Shown: positions 37,005-49,101 of the stretch, piece after piece
How positions within the stretch are numbered: position 1 is the stretch's first letter
Layout of the letters: each line of letters starts with the position of its first letter
Assembly: GCA_033442325.1 (NCBI GenBank)
Contig: JAWQFM010000009.1
Coordinates: forward strand, 203,512 to 267,511
Direction of reading: 5' to 3'
DNA from: Salpingoeca rosetta
Lineage: Eukaryota > Protista > Choanoflagellata
Length of the DNA: 64,000 nucleotides
The notes under the pieces: model-generated
What the model was told of the DNA's origin: nothing
Databases searched by the model: none
The model's input: the letters and a program-made list of their open reading frames with translations, nothing else
Program-made: the position numbers and the translations under genes

Positions 37005-37599
37005 ACCCCTGCATGGCTTACGTGTACTCTTGTGTGTATGTACTGTGTGTGTGTGTGTGTGTGTGTGCACTGTGTGTGTGTACTCTGTGTCTCTGTGTGT
37101 ATGAGCGTGTACGCTGTGTTTGTGAGTGTGTGAATGTTAGAGGTGTTTGCTTCCGTGGTCTTGCTGATGCTGCATGCCTGCCTCCTTCCTACTCCTCTGT
37201 AATGCTCCCGCTTTCTTTGACTACTCTCCCATAATGGAAGAAACAATTCTATCATCACGTTCAACACGGACACCTTCTCAACTTGGCATAGCACGGCAAC
37301 ACCACCTCATCTCACCGACATCAATCCACCAACGACACTCAAAGCCGTTTATTTGAATCGCCTTGCGAAAAATGAAGGAACGCGCATTAGGGGAAGGGAG
37401 ATGGTGTATGTCTGAGTGAATGAGAGTGATAGGCACACACAAGCAAGTGTACACGCTCACACACAAAGTGTACACACACACACACACACACAGAGCACAT
37501 ACACATGTACGCACACACGGACGCACACACACACACATACACACACAAGTGTACACGCTTACACACAGCACATACACATGCACGCACACCCGTGTGCAC

Positions 37600-38127
37600 T
37601 CAGGCTGAGGGCATCATGAGGGCGTCAAAGAGCGCGCGATCAATGGCGCGTGCGCGTTGGTAGAGGGCCATGGCACGCACACGATCAGCCTTCTCCTCGG
37701 CCTCCTCCGCTTGGGCCATCAGATGACGGATTCGCACCTCAGCCTCTGTGCACGCAAACTGCCCCGTGTCAAACTCAGAGGGCTGGCCAGCGCGCTGCTT
37801 GAGCTGGTGGATGACAAACTCCCCAAAGACGGTCTTGTCGCGCGCAAACCCGCTTGCCGGCGCGGCAGTCATGATACTGAAGAGATCGCGTACTTTCAGA
37901 TCTGGCAGCTGCGCCAGCAACGCAACAACGCGCTGCAGCTTGGCCTGGGTGGATGGCTGCTTGTATGTGGAAAAATGAAGGTCCACGCCAAGGTGCGACG
38001 TCACCATGAGCTGCTGAAGCATCTTCAGCACCGGGTCACCACCGAACACCTGCGTGTGGAGCGGAATAAAATGGATGCACAGAACGAGCACGGTCATGAG
38101 ATGGCGATCCATGACAATGAACATGCA

Positions 38128-38177
<50 letters not shown>

Positions 38178-39799
38178 CATGCGTTTGTGTGTTCTTTCTT
38201 TCTGTGTCTGTGTCTGTGTCTGTGTGTGTCTGTGTCTGTGTGCATGCGTTTGTGTGTTCTTTGTTTCTGTGTCTGTGTGTGAGTTTGCGTGTTTGGCAAG
38301 CTGCCCCCACCAGCAGACAACACCCAAGTGCAAAGTAGCAAACGTACGCCGCAGCCCCAGAGTCCCGAGGAGAGAACACGTGCAGCGCCTCGATGCTCAC
38401 GAGATTCGCCGTCGCCCGTTGATTCGTCTGCTTGGGGCTCGCCCTTGTCGCCCGCTGGGGTGCGCAGTCCAAAGCAGCCGCAGAAGCCCGCGTATGCCTT
38501 GTTGAGGTCGCGGTACAGGCTGGCCAGAGTAAACTGCGTCAACCCGCGATTCACCACGGCGTCGATGGCAACAACATCACTGCAGGTGGTCGGGCGCGCT
38601 ATGGCCGGTGTTGCCAGCGCAGAAGGCTGCATCTCGAGCTTCTCCTTGACTGCAAAGGTGGCCTGATAGCCCGTGTAGTCGACCACCATGCGCGAGTTGC
38701 GCATGACCGCGGCCTCGTGTGGACGCAACCGCGGGATGAACAGCATCGACACGAAGAGCTCGGGCCGCGTGCTGAACAACACCTCCTCCTGTGTCGCACT
38801 GGGAATCACCTCGTGGATCATCAGATCGCGGTTGGCAAAGTCCACAAGCGCAGACATGGGTCGCACGTCCTCCATGCGTTTGTCGTGCACGATGATGCGG
38901 CCGACGCAGCTCTCACACGAGGCCCAATCTGGAACGTCGAACGCAGCCCCAGGACTGTGCCTAGCGGTGTCATCGGACGCTGGGCTGTCGGTGGACGCGG
39001 TGCTGGCGCTGGTGGAGGCAGGCTTTGTGCCTTTCTCGAGGGATGGTGTTGCAGACGGTGGCGGTGCTTGTGCTGCGAGGGTGTGGCGCTCAAAGGCCAC
39101 AAGCTCATCCCCAACCGTGCCCATGTGTTCCTTCATCTGCGCAAAGTAAAGCAGCATGCAGAGCGTGCGGTGCATTGCAACCTTGCTCGGGTATCGCAGC
39201 AGTGCGATGAAAGAGAGGGACCCCGTGAGAATGTCGTGGTCATCGCCGACATCGGGCAGCTCGCCCCGGTTGACGAAGAACTCTTCCCCGTGCGCAGCTC
39301 CGGGCTGCATGAGCGTGCCCAAGAAGGCGTGTGCAAGCAAAGAGCACAGCTGCTTTCGGGAGAACACAATCTGCTGCTGAGTCGCGGGTGCCGTGGGCAT
39401 GAGAATCGGGATCGCGCTGAAGGTGTGTGAGGTGGGAGCGCGGCTCGGGACAGGTGAGCCGTCTGCACCCTTCACAATGGCGGAAGGTAGGTCGCTTTCC
39501 TCCGCAGCGTGCTCCGGAAACAAGGCAGGGAGGTCCAGCGCCTGTTGGATCACAAATGCCATGATGTCGGCTGGGTTGACGCCAAAGCGGGCGTCCAGCT
39601 CCCGCATTGCAGCCGGGAGCGCACAAGAACTGTCGACATGCAGTGCAGCTTTGCTTGTGTCCCCCAACAACTGCGTCCACTGCCTCAGCGCCTGCCGTGG
39701 CTCACGCCAATCAAGCCGCTTAGCCCGCTCCAGCTTGCCTTGCAGCGTCGCCCAGGGCCGCTGCACTCCGGGCGAGTGCGGCAAGCGAAACACGGGCAT
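37600..39799 (-). CDS. PARG: Poly(ADP-ribose) glycohydrolase-like protein (macrodomain PARG), two exons, intron 38050-38347
   Basis: CSLLAHAFLG, VDFANR...QEEVLF..PEL, YTGY, AIDA, RDLNKAYAGF, GLWGCG|VFGGD..LKMLQQLM. GT-AG intron restores the frame. Confidence 0.85.
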
Positions 39800-39926
39800 C
39801 CTCTTTGCCTTCAAGAACCAAAGCTGGATGAGGGGGGGGGGGGGCAAGGAGTCGACAACAAGCTTGTTGGAAAGCGACGAAAGTGTGTCACATCACACCA
39901 CAACGAACAACGAAGTTTCTCACACA

Positions 39927-40222
39927 ATGCAACGAACCACGACCAGTTCTTGTGGTGCTGGTGTCTTGCCGGTGTGTTTGTGCGACGACCATGATGAGGT
40001 GCTGCCGTTCTGGCGCCGGGCCATGGGCGCTGGCGCGGTTGACACTGAATCGTTGTTGATCCACTGGGACGCACATCCAGATTTCCTGCTTCCCACCACC
40101 ACATCGGACGGCCACATACCAGTCTCTCCTTCCCAGGTGGTGGTGGTGGTGTGTGTGTGTGGGTCTGTATGGGTCTGTGTGGGTCTGTGTGTGTGTGTGT
40201 GTGTGTGTGTGTTGTGTGGTGG

Positions 40223-40259
<37 letters not shown>

Positions 40260-41612
40260 GCCGTGCCTTACTGGTAATACATGTAGGTACTCGCCTCCCT
40301 CGTGCTTGTCGAGTCAGATGGCTGTACCTGAGCTGGACTGGGGCCAATCCGTGTCCAGCACATGGAGCTATACGACGGCCTGGAGGTTAAAGCGACCCCG
40401 TCTTTCTATGTGTTATCTGGGCCACGTGCTTTCCTTGCAAGTCACCATAAAGTGTGTGTGTGTGTGTCGTGTGTGTGTCTGTGTGTGTGTGAGTCTGTGG
40501 GTCTCTGTGGGTCTCTGTGGGTCTCTGTGGGTCTCTGTGGGTCTGTGTGGGTCTCTGTGGGTCTGTGGGTCTGTGAGTGCGTGTGTGTGTCTGTGTGTGA
40601 GTGTGCGTCCGTGGGTCTGTGTGTGTGTGTGTGTGTGTGTCCGTGGATCTGTGTGTCCGTGGGTCTGAGCGTTTGTGACAGTTGTAGTGAGAAGGCTCAC
40701 GCATGTACATGTTGCACGCACGACACGACTTGCTGTCCCCCCCCCCCGCCTAACTCGCTTTCCAACCCGGTTGCCGTGACAGATGCAGGACCTTCGTGCA
40801 ATTGATGAGTTTACGTCCATATCAAGCTTCATCCTTCCATTCTGCTACACCAAGTGCGTTTGTTGTGAAGAATGCAGTGGCAAAGAGATGGACGAGCACT
40901 TGTGGTTGGCTGCTTGTACCAAACATGCACTGTGTGGTGTAGAGCTGTTGTGTCATGTGTGGCGTGCTCGTGTGAGCGACCTTATTCTGCAATTGTCTAT
41001 CGAGGCCGACTGTGTGCTCTCGTCTTGCTCCAGAGTTTTGATTCACCCTTCACCCTGCACCTGCACCTGGATCTTGCGTGCCATTCTGGACTTTTTAGGT
41101 GGATCTCAGATGTGGTTTGGGTCAAGCCACCACACGCTGTTCAAATTCCCAGTGGATGCTACAGGTGCAGTGCATGCTCCTGTGAGGTGTGCACGTTGTG
41201 CTCTGCTCAATCTTCGATTCTTTCTTTTTTTGTTTGAGGCAGTGACTCAGAGGCTTGCTCGTCTGCTCACACTTGCTTGGTGGTGTCGCATGATGTGATG
41301 ACATGGGCTGCCTCTCTTTGTGCACAGCATTCCCCTCGGACACATAAAGCAAGATGCCGGTGACACCACTGTTTACATCGGAAGCCAACTTGAATACTTT
41401 GTCCGCGAGAACCTGTACAGACCACCCGAGGTGTGTGTGCGTGCGTGTGCGTGCGTGTGTGTGTGTGTGTGCGTGCGTGCGTGTGTGCGTGTGAGTGTGT
41501 GCGTGTATGTATGTGTGCGCATGTGTCTGTGTCTGTGTCTGTGATTGTGTTTCAGGCGCAGCATATGCACAAACGAATACGCCGTCCTTCCGAATCTACC
41601 CCATCTACTCTG

Positions 41613-41643
<31 letters not shown>

Positions 41644-42315
41644 TAAGGGTAGGACTTGTTAGATGTGCGAGTGTGTCGCCTGCACGTAGTTGACATTACG
41701 ATGGTGCTGCGGTCTGGAAGGCCTCTGGATTGCACGTGCAACATTGTAGAGCGTCGCCTTCAAAGCAGGCATCGCCCTCTCCTTGACATCTGCCTGGATA
41801 CCTTCAGCGCAAATAACCCGTTCAAGGTGGAGTGTGCTCGCATCATGTTGGCGTTCAGACAGCTTTCACTGCATGCAACCCCCTGTCCCGCTCACGCTGA
41901 ACCACTTGCACCCTTGTCATATGCATCTTTGCCGCTTGCTGTGCGGCGTGGCGGTTGCCTGTGAAGGTGAAAGTTGCGTCAGGACTGGGAAGCGCCTGCT
42001 ACGACAAACTTGCGTCGAGCTACTCCGCAACGCTGAAAGCCGTCGCCAGGTGAGCAAGTACAAACAAGCGCAATCGACCTCCACTGGCACCACTCAAACA
42101 ACTTGTTGTGACAACATCGCCTCACAGCTGCATCTTATTTTCACGTGCGACTTCTGTCGCAAAAATGCCTTTGTTGACTTTGCTCACTCGCGCACACCAT
42201 ACAGGCGATCATGTGAGCATGCGATTTCATCCTGTTGCTTGGTGTGTCGACAACAAAGGCAGTTGCTCGTCCTCAGACACCTACAGTCACTGTGGTAGGT
42301 AGCTGGCTGTCTGGC

Positions 42316-42372
<57 letters not shown>

Positions 42373-43277
42373 TGTCTCCCCGTCCCTCCGTCCGCCTCTC
42401 CATCTCTGCGTCTTTCTGTCTGTGTGTCTGGCAATGGTTCGCACAAATCATCCCTCACCAAACTCAAACACCACGTTACTTCCGTTTTACTTCAACATCC
42501 CGAACAGGACATGTGACAGCACTCCCGCACTTGAAGCGAACATGGCATCATTAGTGTCCGCAGTCACTGCCACTTCGTCAGGGGCCGATTTGGAAGAGGA
42601 TCGCCACGACACCGCCTGCGCCATGGAGGAGACCACAAGCAACTTGCGGGATGTGTGGCGGTTGTGGATGTCGAGCAAGGCGGCGGTGGCATCCCAATCC
42701 TTGTCACCGTGGTTCATGCATCTTGCTGGACAAATGCATGACCTCCCACACTTCTCAGCTCCCACAGTATGTCACATCTTTTTGTTGCATTGCTCGCTCG
42801 CCTGACTCTGCCGTCGACCAGCCACACACACACACACACACACACACGCACGCACACGCACACACACACACCTACATGTGACTCACATGCGCACCAACCC
42901 CTTGATCTTTCATGCACAGGAAGAGCGCAATCGCTGGCTGGCAGCGCTACGTCGACTCTGTGAATGCATGCTTGCATGTGAGCTTGCAAGACCGTGTGTA
43001 TGTGTGTGCGTGTGCGTGCATGTGCGTGTGCTTGTGCGTGTGCTTGTGTGAAAAGACTGTTGCAGCCCTCGCAATTAGTGTGAACCATGACTAGATCCAA
43101 CGTTCTCACATCGTACATCTCTCCTTCTCCCTGTGACCATCTGTAGATGAGACACGTCCAAGCGTATGTACAATTGCGTCTTCACAGGATGATGGTTACA
43201 CCAGTCCGGTTATTGTGGAGGAGGTAAGACCCCCCCCCCCATTTGTCCCTTGCACCTGTGTGTGTGTGGTGGGGTGT

Positions 43278-43352
<75 letters not shown>

Positions 43353-43577
43353 CATTTTGAGCCGATCGCATCACGTGACGATCGTTGAGTGCTGCCGTTC
43401 GTGTCAACCTGCTGCTTCTCATCCATTGCCCCTCTGCACATCTCTCACTTTCTCCACCCCTCTTGCGTCCTTTTTCAGACTTTGGCCGAAGTTCTCAAGG
43501 TCCTCCATGAGGTATTACATCCCTGCAGACAGGTTGCCGCTGAGGATGCGGCGCGTATGACGTTCTCCAAGACGTGA
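39927..43577 (+). CDS. UPF0489 / C5orf22 family protein, multi-exon
   Basis: [71 protein letters not shown] correspond to recalled C5orf22 motifs (EDHQEVLPF, HFDSHPDL, LDIDLDFFS..NPF, DLPHH). Confidence 0.8.
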
Positions 43578-43838
43578 AGCATGTGAGCTCGAGCGGCATA
43601 CAAATAGGACATTTATTTGTACGGTGCTATTAAATGTTGACTAAATCTTGACGCAGCACACGAAACATTTTCTGTTTGTTTGTTTGTTTGTTTGTTTGTT
43701 TGTTTGTTTGTGATTCGTGGGTATGAATCTCTGTGTATGCGTGCGCGGTTGTAACTGTTGTGTGTCTGAAATTCGCGGGTACTGTGTGCTTTGTGGCCAT
43801 CAAATTCTTGAACAAGCGAAATGTAGCGTGCATCAGTC

Positions 43839-44063
43839 AACGCACAGTGGTGACGTGGCAGTGTTTGTTGAGAGTTGTGTGGTTATGTGGTGTGTTTTGC
43901 AAGAGCATGTAACATCAAGCAGTCACACAACCTAAACACTTTCTCGTGCAACAGGTTGGAGGGAAATCACGCCATCGTTCCAGAACACGAGAGAGGTAAA
44001 TTGTGGTGTCTGAACAAGGCAGGTCAATCATATGACTCAGCAGACAGGACTTGCCTGTCAACA
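43839..44063 (-). mobile_element. Degenerate partial LTR of copia family D
   Basis: Diverged copy of the 58923-59153 part of the D LTR, ending ...TTGCCTGTCAACA. Confidence 0.8.
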
Positions 44064-44404
44064 TTCTGCGCCTTTCCTGCGCAATATCGTCCCGGACGAC
44101 CTGAGGCGAAAAGCAAGCATGGCATTGTGTACCTTCTTCTCGAAGTCCTCTGCGACACTGTAGTGTTGCCGGAGGTGCTGCATGATGTCGGTGTAGGTGT
44201 AATGGTCGACAAACGATGAATGAACAGTGTTGGAATGTGAACACAGAGGGAAGCCCGGAACCACTGGTCAGGCACAAGGAACACGTTCGGGCGTGCAGAG
44301 CAAGTAGGTCACGTAGAGAGACATGTTCAAACATACACGTGGGCGTGCTTGGACATGCCCGCTATTGGGAAGGTAACGACAAATTGAAAGAATCCTCCCC
44401 CTCT

Positions 44405-44506
44405 TCAAATCCATGTGTCATGTGCAACTGAGAAACCACGCCAGCGAACGCGATACTCCGTGCGTCCGTTTCGGCGGCGTACATTCACCAACTTGTTCAC
44501 GAGGTA
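44405..44506 (-). pseudogene. Truncated chromodomain relic (possibly a chromovirus integrase C-terminus)
   Basis: YLVNKLVNVRRRNGRTEYRVRWRGFSVAHDTWI* fits the chromodomain pattern Y.V..I...R...G..EY.V.W.G.....TW. Confidence 0.6.
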
Positions 44507-44933
44507 AGTTGGTTGTCCTGCTTCGTCCATCAAACGGGGGTTCATGTGGTGTCGCCAACAGAAAAGAAACAGAGCAGAAGACAAGAATTGTCCACAACGC
44601 AAAGTGGTGACGTGGCAGTGTTTGTTGAGAGTTGTGTGGTTATGTGGTGTGTTATGCAAGAGCATGTAACATCGAGCAACCACACAAACTAAACACTGCA
44701 CGTGCAACAGGTTGGAGGGAAATCACGTGAACATTCCAGAACACAAGAGAGGTGAGTGCAAATTTGTGGTGTCGTGAAGAAGGGAGGTCAATGATGACTC
44801 AGCAGACAGGACTTGCCTGTCAACACTCCCCCGCATTGACCTACCTCTCTGCTGCGTTGATGTTCTGAAACGTGATGATGATGATGATGATGTCATGCAT
44901 GTAGGAATGACATGGGCAGATGTAGGTGAGATG

Positions 44934-45828
44934 NNNNNNNNNNNNNNNNNNNNNNNNNNNNNNNNNNNNNNNNNNNNNNNNNNNNNNNNNNNNNNNNNNN
45001 NNNNNNNNNNNNNNNNNNNNNNNNNNNNNNNNNNNNNNNNNNNNNNNNNNNNNNNNNNNNNNNNNNNNNNNNNNNNNNNNNNNNNNNNNNNNNNNNNNNN
45101 NNNNNNNNNNNNNNNNNNNNNNNNNNNNNNNNNNNNNNNNNNNNNNNNNNNNNNNNNNNNNNNNNNNNNNNNNNNNNNNNNNNNNNNNNNNNNNNNNNNN
45201 NNNNNNNNNNNNNNNNNNNNNNNNNNNNNNNNNNNNNNNNNNNNNNNNNNNNNNNNNNNNNNNNNNNNNNNNNNNNNNNNNNNNNNNNNNNNNNNNNNNN
45301 NNNNNNNNNNNNNNNNNNNNNNNNNNNNNNNNNNNNNNNNNNNNNNNNNNNNNNNNNNNNNNNNNNNNNNNNNNNNNNNNNNNNNNNNNNNNNNNNNNNN
45401 NNNNNNNNNNNNNNNNNNNNNNNNNNNNNNNNNNNNNNNNNNNNNNNNNNNNNNNNNNNNNNNNNNNNNNNNNNNNNNNNNNNNNNNNNNNNNNNNNNNN
45501 NNNNNNNNNNNNNNNNNNNNNNNNNNNNNNNNNNNNNNNNNNNNNNNNNNNNNNNNNNNNNNNNNNNNNNNNNNNNNNNNNNNNNNNNNNNNNNNNNNNN
45601 NNNNNNNNNNNNNNNNNNNNNNNNNNNNNNNNNNNNNNNNNNNNNNNNNNNNNNNNNNNNNNNNNNNNNNNNNNNNNNNNNNNNNNNNNNNNNNNNNNNN
45701 NNNNNNNNNNNNNNNNNNNNNNNNNNNNNNNNNNNNNNNNNNNNNNNNNNNNNNNNNNNNNNNNNNNNNNNNNNNNNNNNNNNNNNNNNNNNNNNNNNNN
45801 NNNNNNNNNNNNNNNNNNNNNNNNNNNN
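44934..45828. other. Assembly gap (others: 47499-47598, 48701-48800, 51757-51856, 60629-61039, 61861-62811)
   Basis: Runs of N, all confined to the retrotransposon block. Confidence 0.99.
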
Positions 45829-46025
45829 TCCTTGTCGTTCGTGCACACTCTGCCCATGTCGCCTTGGCAGCTCTGTTGGCTGTGTGTGCACTTGTCTAGT
45901 GTTTGTTTGAGCGTGCTGCCCGAGTTGATTAGGCAGAAGCTTGTTGTACTTGTGCATTCTCCTTGTGTTCTTGTTTGTTGCGTTTGCCTACAGTAAACAC
46001 ACACACCACCTGTCGTGTTTCTACA
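45829..46025 (+). mobile_element. 3' end of an A-family LTR inserted in opposite orientation into the RT of D (remainder in the gap)
   Basis: Diverged reverse complement of the LTR at 49102/52030, ending ...GTGTTTCTACA at 46025, where the D RT frame (FKKAIS) breaks. Confidence 0.85.
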
Positions 46026-49000
46026 GAGATGGCCTTCTTGAACGCGGCCATGTCGCTGTCGCTGTCGGCGAAGATGAGCAGGTCGTCCACGTAGACGGCA
46101 ACCCACATCACTTTGCCACCCTTGCAGGTGCGGCGGTAGATGCAGGCGTCCGTGGCTGTGGCGACGAAGTCCTGCTCGCGCATCCAGGCGTCCAGCGTGT
46201 GGTTCCACAGGCGCGGGCTCTGCTTCAGCCCATACAGCCCGCGCTTGAGGCGCAGCACCGTATTCGGCGAGAAGATGCCGTCGACGGCCGGTGGCTGGAC
46301 GTAGATCTCGTGATCAACGGGCGCGTTGAGGAAGGCCGTGTTGACGTCCATCTGTTGGATGTCCATGCCACGCGCGACGGCCATGGCGAGCGTGGTGCGG
46401 ATGGCTGAGATGGTAGCCGTCGGGGCAAAGGTGTCCGTGTAGTTGACACCGTGGACCTGGGAGTAGCCTTTGGCAACCCAGCGCGCCTTGTACTTGATCA
46501 CCTTGCCCTGGTCGTCACGCTTCTTCCGAAAGATGACCATGCTGCGGAGCAGCTTGTGGCCCTTGGGAAGGTCAGCGCGAGGCACGACGTCGTAGACGTC
46601 ATTGGCCTGCATTGCCGCAAACTCGTCCAGGATGGCTTGGCGCCACTCCTCAGAGTCTGGCGAGGCAAGCGCCTCCTTGACGGTGGCTGGCTCAGTTGAT
46701 GTGGCAACACTGCCAGCAGCGATGTCTGGTAGATGACCACCCACTGCTGATGTCTTCTCCCCCGTACCAGCAGCGCTGGTGGCAACGTGACACGTGGTGG
46801 TTGAGCCACCAGAGGTGTCCTTGTCGCCGAGGGTCTCGGACACCAGCAGCTGGTCCCAGACGGAGCCGCCAAGGGCGCGTGGCTGGAGCTGCGGCTCCCC
46901 CGCACGTGGTGCAGTGGGAGCGCCGGTGGCACTGTCCTCGGTTGAACGCTGAGCGATCTTGTTGGCATGCGAAGCAGAGGCTCCGCTGTTGTCCTGCTCT
47001 TGCTGCTGCTGAGAGGAGGCGACGTCCTTGTTCTTGATGGCGCCGAAGCGAGCGTGGATGGTGTGGACAACGCGTCGCGTGTCCGGCATCCAGACGACGT
47101 GGGCCTGGTCCTCCTCGGCGAAACCAACGTAGACGCCGACGCGTGAGCGTGGGTCAAGCTTGTGCCGCGTGCTGCTCTTCTCCACATGCACGTAGGCCGG
47201 CGAGCCGAAGACGCGCAACAGGCTGACGTCGAAGGCGTGCCCAGTCAGGGCCTCGAACGGTGACTTGTCCTTGAGGCTCCTGCGTGGCGCGATGTTGTGC
47301 AGCAGCGTGGCGTGCTGCACGGCGAAGCCCCAGAACGGCTTGTCCAGGTCCGCAGCAAACAGCATCGTACGCGCCGTCTCGAAGAGGGTGCGGAAAGTGC
47401 GCTCTGCGGATCCGTTCTTGGCCTGCGAGTGCGGTGGCGAGAAGCGCTGCTTGATGTCGAAGGCCAGGCACAGGTCGGTGAAGTCCTGACTCTTGAAGNN
47501 NNNNNNNNNNNNNNNNNNNNNNNNNNNNNNNNNNNNNNNNNNNNNNNNNNNNNNNNNNNNNNNNNNNNNNNNNNNNNNNNNNNNNNNNNNNNNNNNNNCT
47601 GTCCGTCTGCAGCGTGGCGCCTCGGAGCGCGTTGACGACGTGACGGTCCTTGCGCAGCTGCTCCAGGGCCGCACCGACGTCGTTTTTGTGCCGGATGAGA
47701 AACGTCCAGGCAAAGCGCGTGCAGTCGTCGATGAAGGTCAGCGCGTAGCGTGCACCTCGCAGCGACGTCTCCTCCAGCGGACCGGCGATGTCTGCGTAGA
47801 GCAGCTGGCATGGCCCAGCGCTGCGTGGAGCAGACTGCTTCGGGATGGAGGCGCGCGTGCTCTTGCCAAGCGCACATGGTCCACAGGTGACGATGTGCTT
47901 GGAAGAGGCCTGGGCGATCTGCTGCCGAATGGCGTCGACGGCCGCGCTGCTGCGATGGCCTAGCACGTCGTGTGCAGAGGCGCCCTCGTCAGCATCCTCG
48001 GCTTCCCCATCGCTGCTGTGCACGAGCTCCCCCGCAAGCGCCGTGGCTTGTTGGGAGGTCGTGGTGCTGGCGTAGAGGAAGAGATGGCCGGTGTCCTTGG
48101 ACGGCAGCAGAGGCACGCTCCATGTGGCAAACTGGATACGGCTGTCGTCCGCAGCAATGACGACGGAAGCACCACGACGCGCGCGAGTCACCAGGTTCAG
48201 CGCCAGAAGGTTGTACTTGATGTCGGGGACATGCAGCACGTTCTTCAGCGTGATGGTGCCTGGAGCGCCGTCTGTGCCAGTCACGCGGAGCACGGCGTCG
48301 CTCTTGCCGATGACCGTGACGGTCTGGCTGTTGGCAACGGTGATGTGCTGCGTGACGGCGACGTAGTTGGTGAGGAGGGAGGCGTCGCTGGTGATGTGCG
48401 CCGTGGCACCGCTGTCAGCGAGCCACAGCTGTGGTGGCACTGGTCCGATGGCGTGGCCCTCCTCCTCGTCCTCGGGCTGCAGCATGAGGGCATCGTGGTG
48501 GATGGCGAAGGTCTCCACGCGCTGAGGGCCGTTGTGCCATGTCGAACGCAAGACAAGCAGAGGATGTACGTGTGTTTGTGTGTGCGTGCGTTAGCGTAGT
48601 GGTATGCTCACTTGTCTGCGTGTGTTTGTGTGGGTTTACTGTGTGATGTGGAAGACAGATGGGAACAAGGATGAATGAACACAAGTGAAGCACTCCCGCA
48701 NNNNNNNNNNNNNNNNNNNNNNNNNNNNNNNNNNNNNNNNNNNNNNNNNNNNNNNNNNNNNNNNNNNNNNNNNNNNNNNNNNNNNNNNNNNNNNNNNNNN
48801 ACACACAGCTTGAACGAAGAAAACGGAAGTGTAACAACCACAGCAGAAACCGGTTGGATCGCAGAACTATTCATGCTGTCTCCAGCTTTCCGGACATAAG
48901 CAAACACATCCACATGCACATGACACGGACTCGTCTCTCCACACACCCCCTCAACTCGCATGCAGCACTTGCTCTCGGCACTGCGTCAGAGATGGACGAG

Positions 49001-49101
49001 GCAGGGCCTTCGTCAGCATGTCTGCAAGCAGCTTTGTGCCGGGTTCATACACTGCCTTGACGACGCCTTCGCCAATGAGCTCGCGCAGAAGGTGATAACG
49101 C

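Noticed and set aside
35862-37070. 402-aa antisense ORF over the orphan gene, and similar antisense ORFs over PARG and the gag-pol genes
   Set aside because: Expected shadow of high-GC3 codon usage, with no independent motifs.
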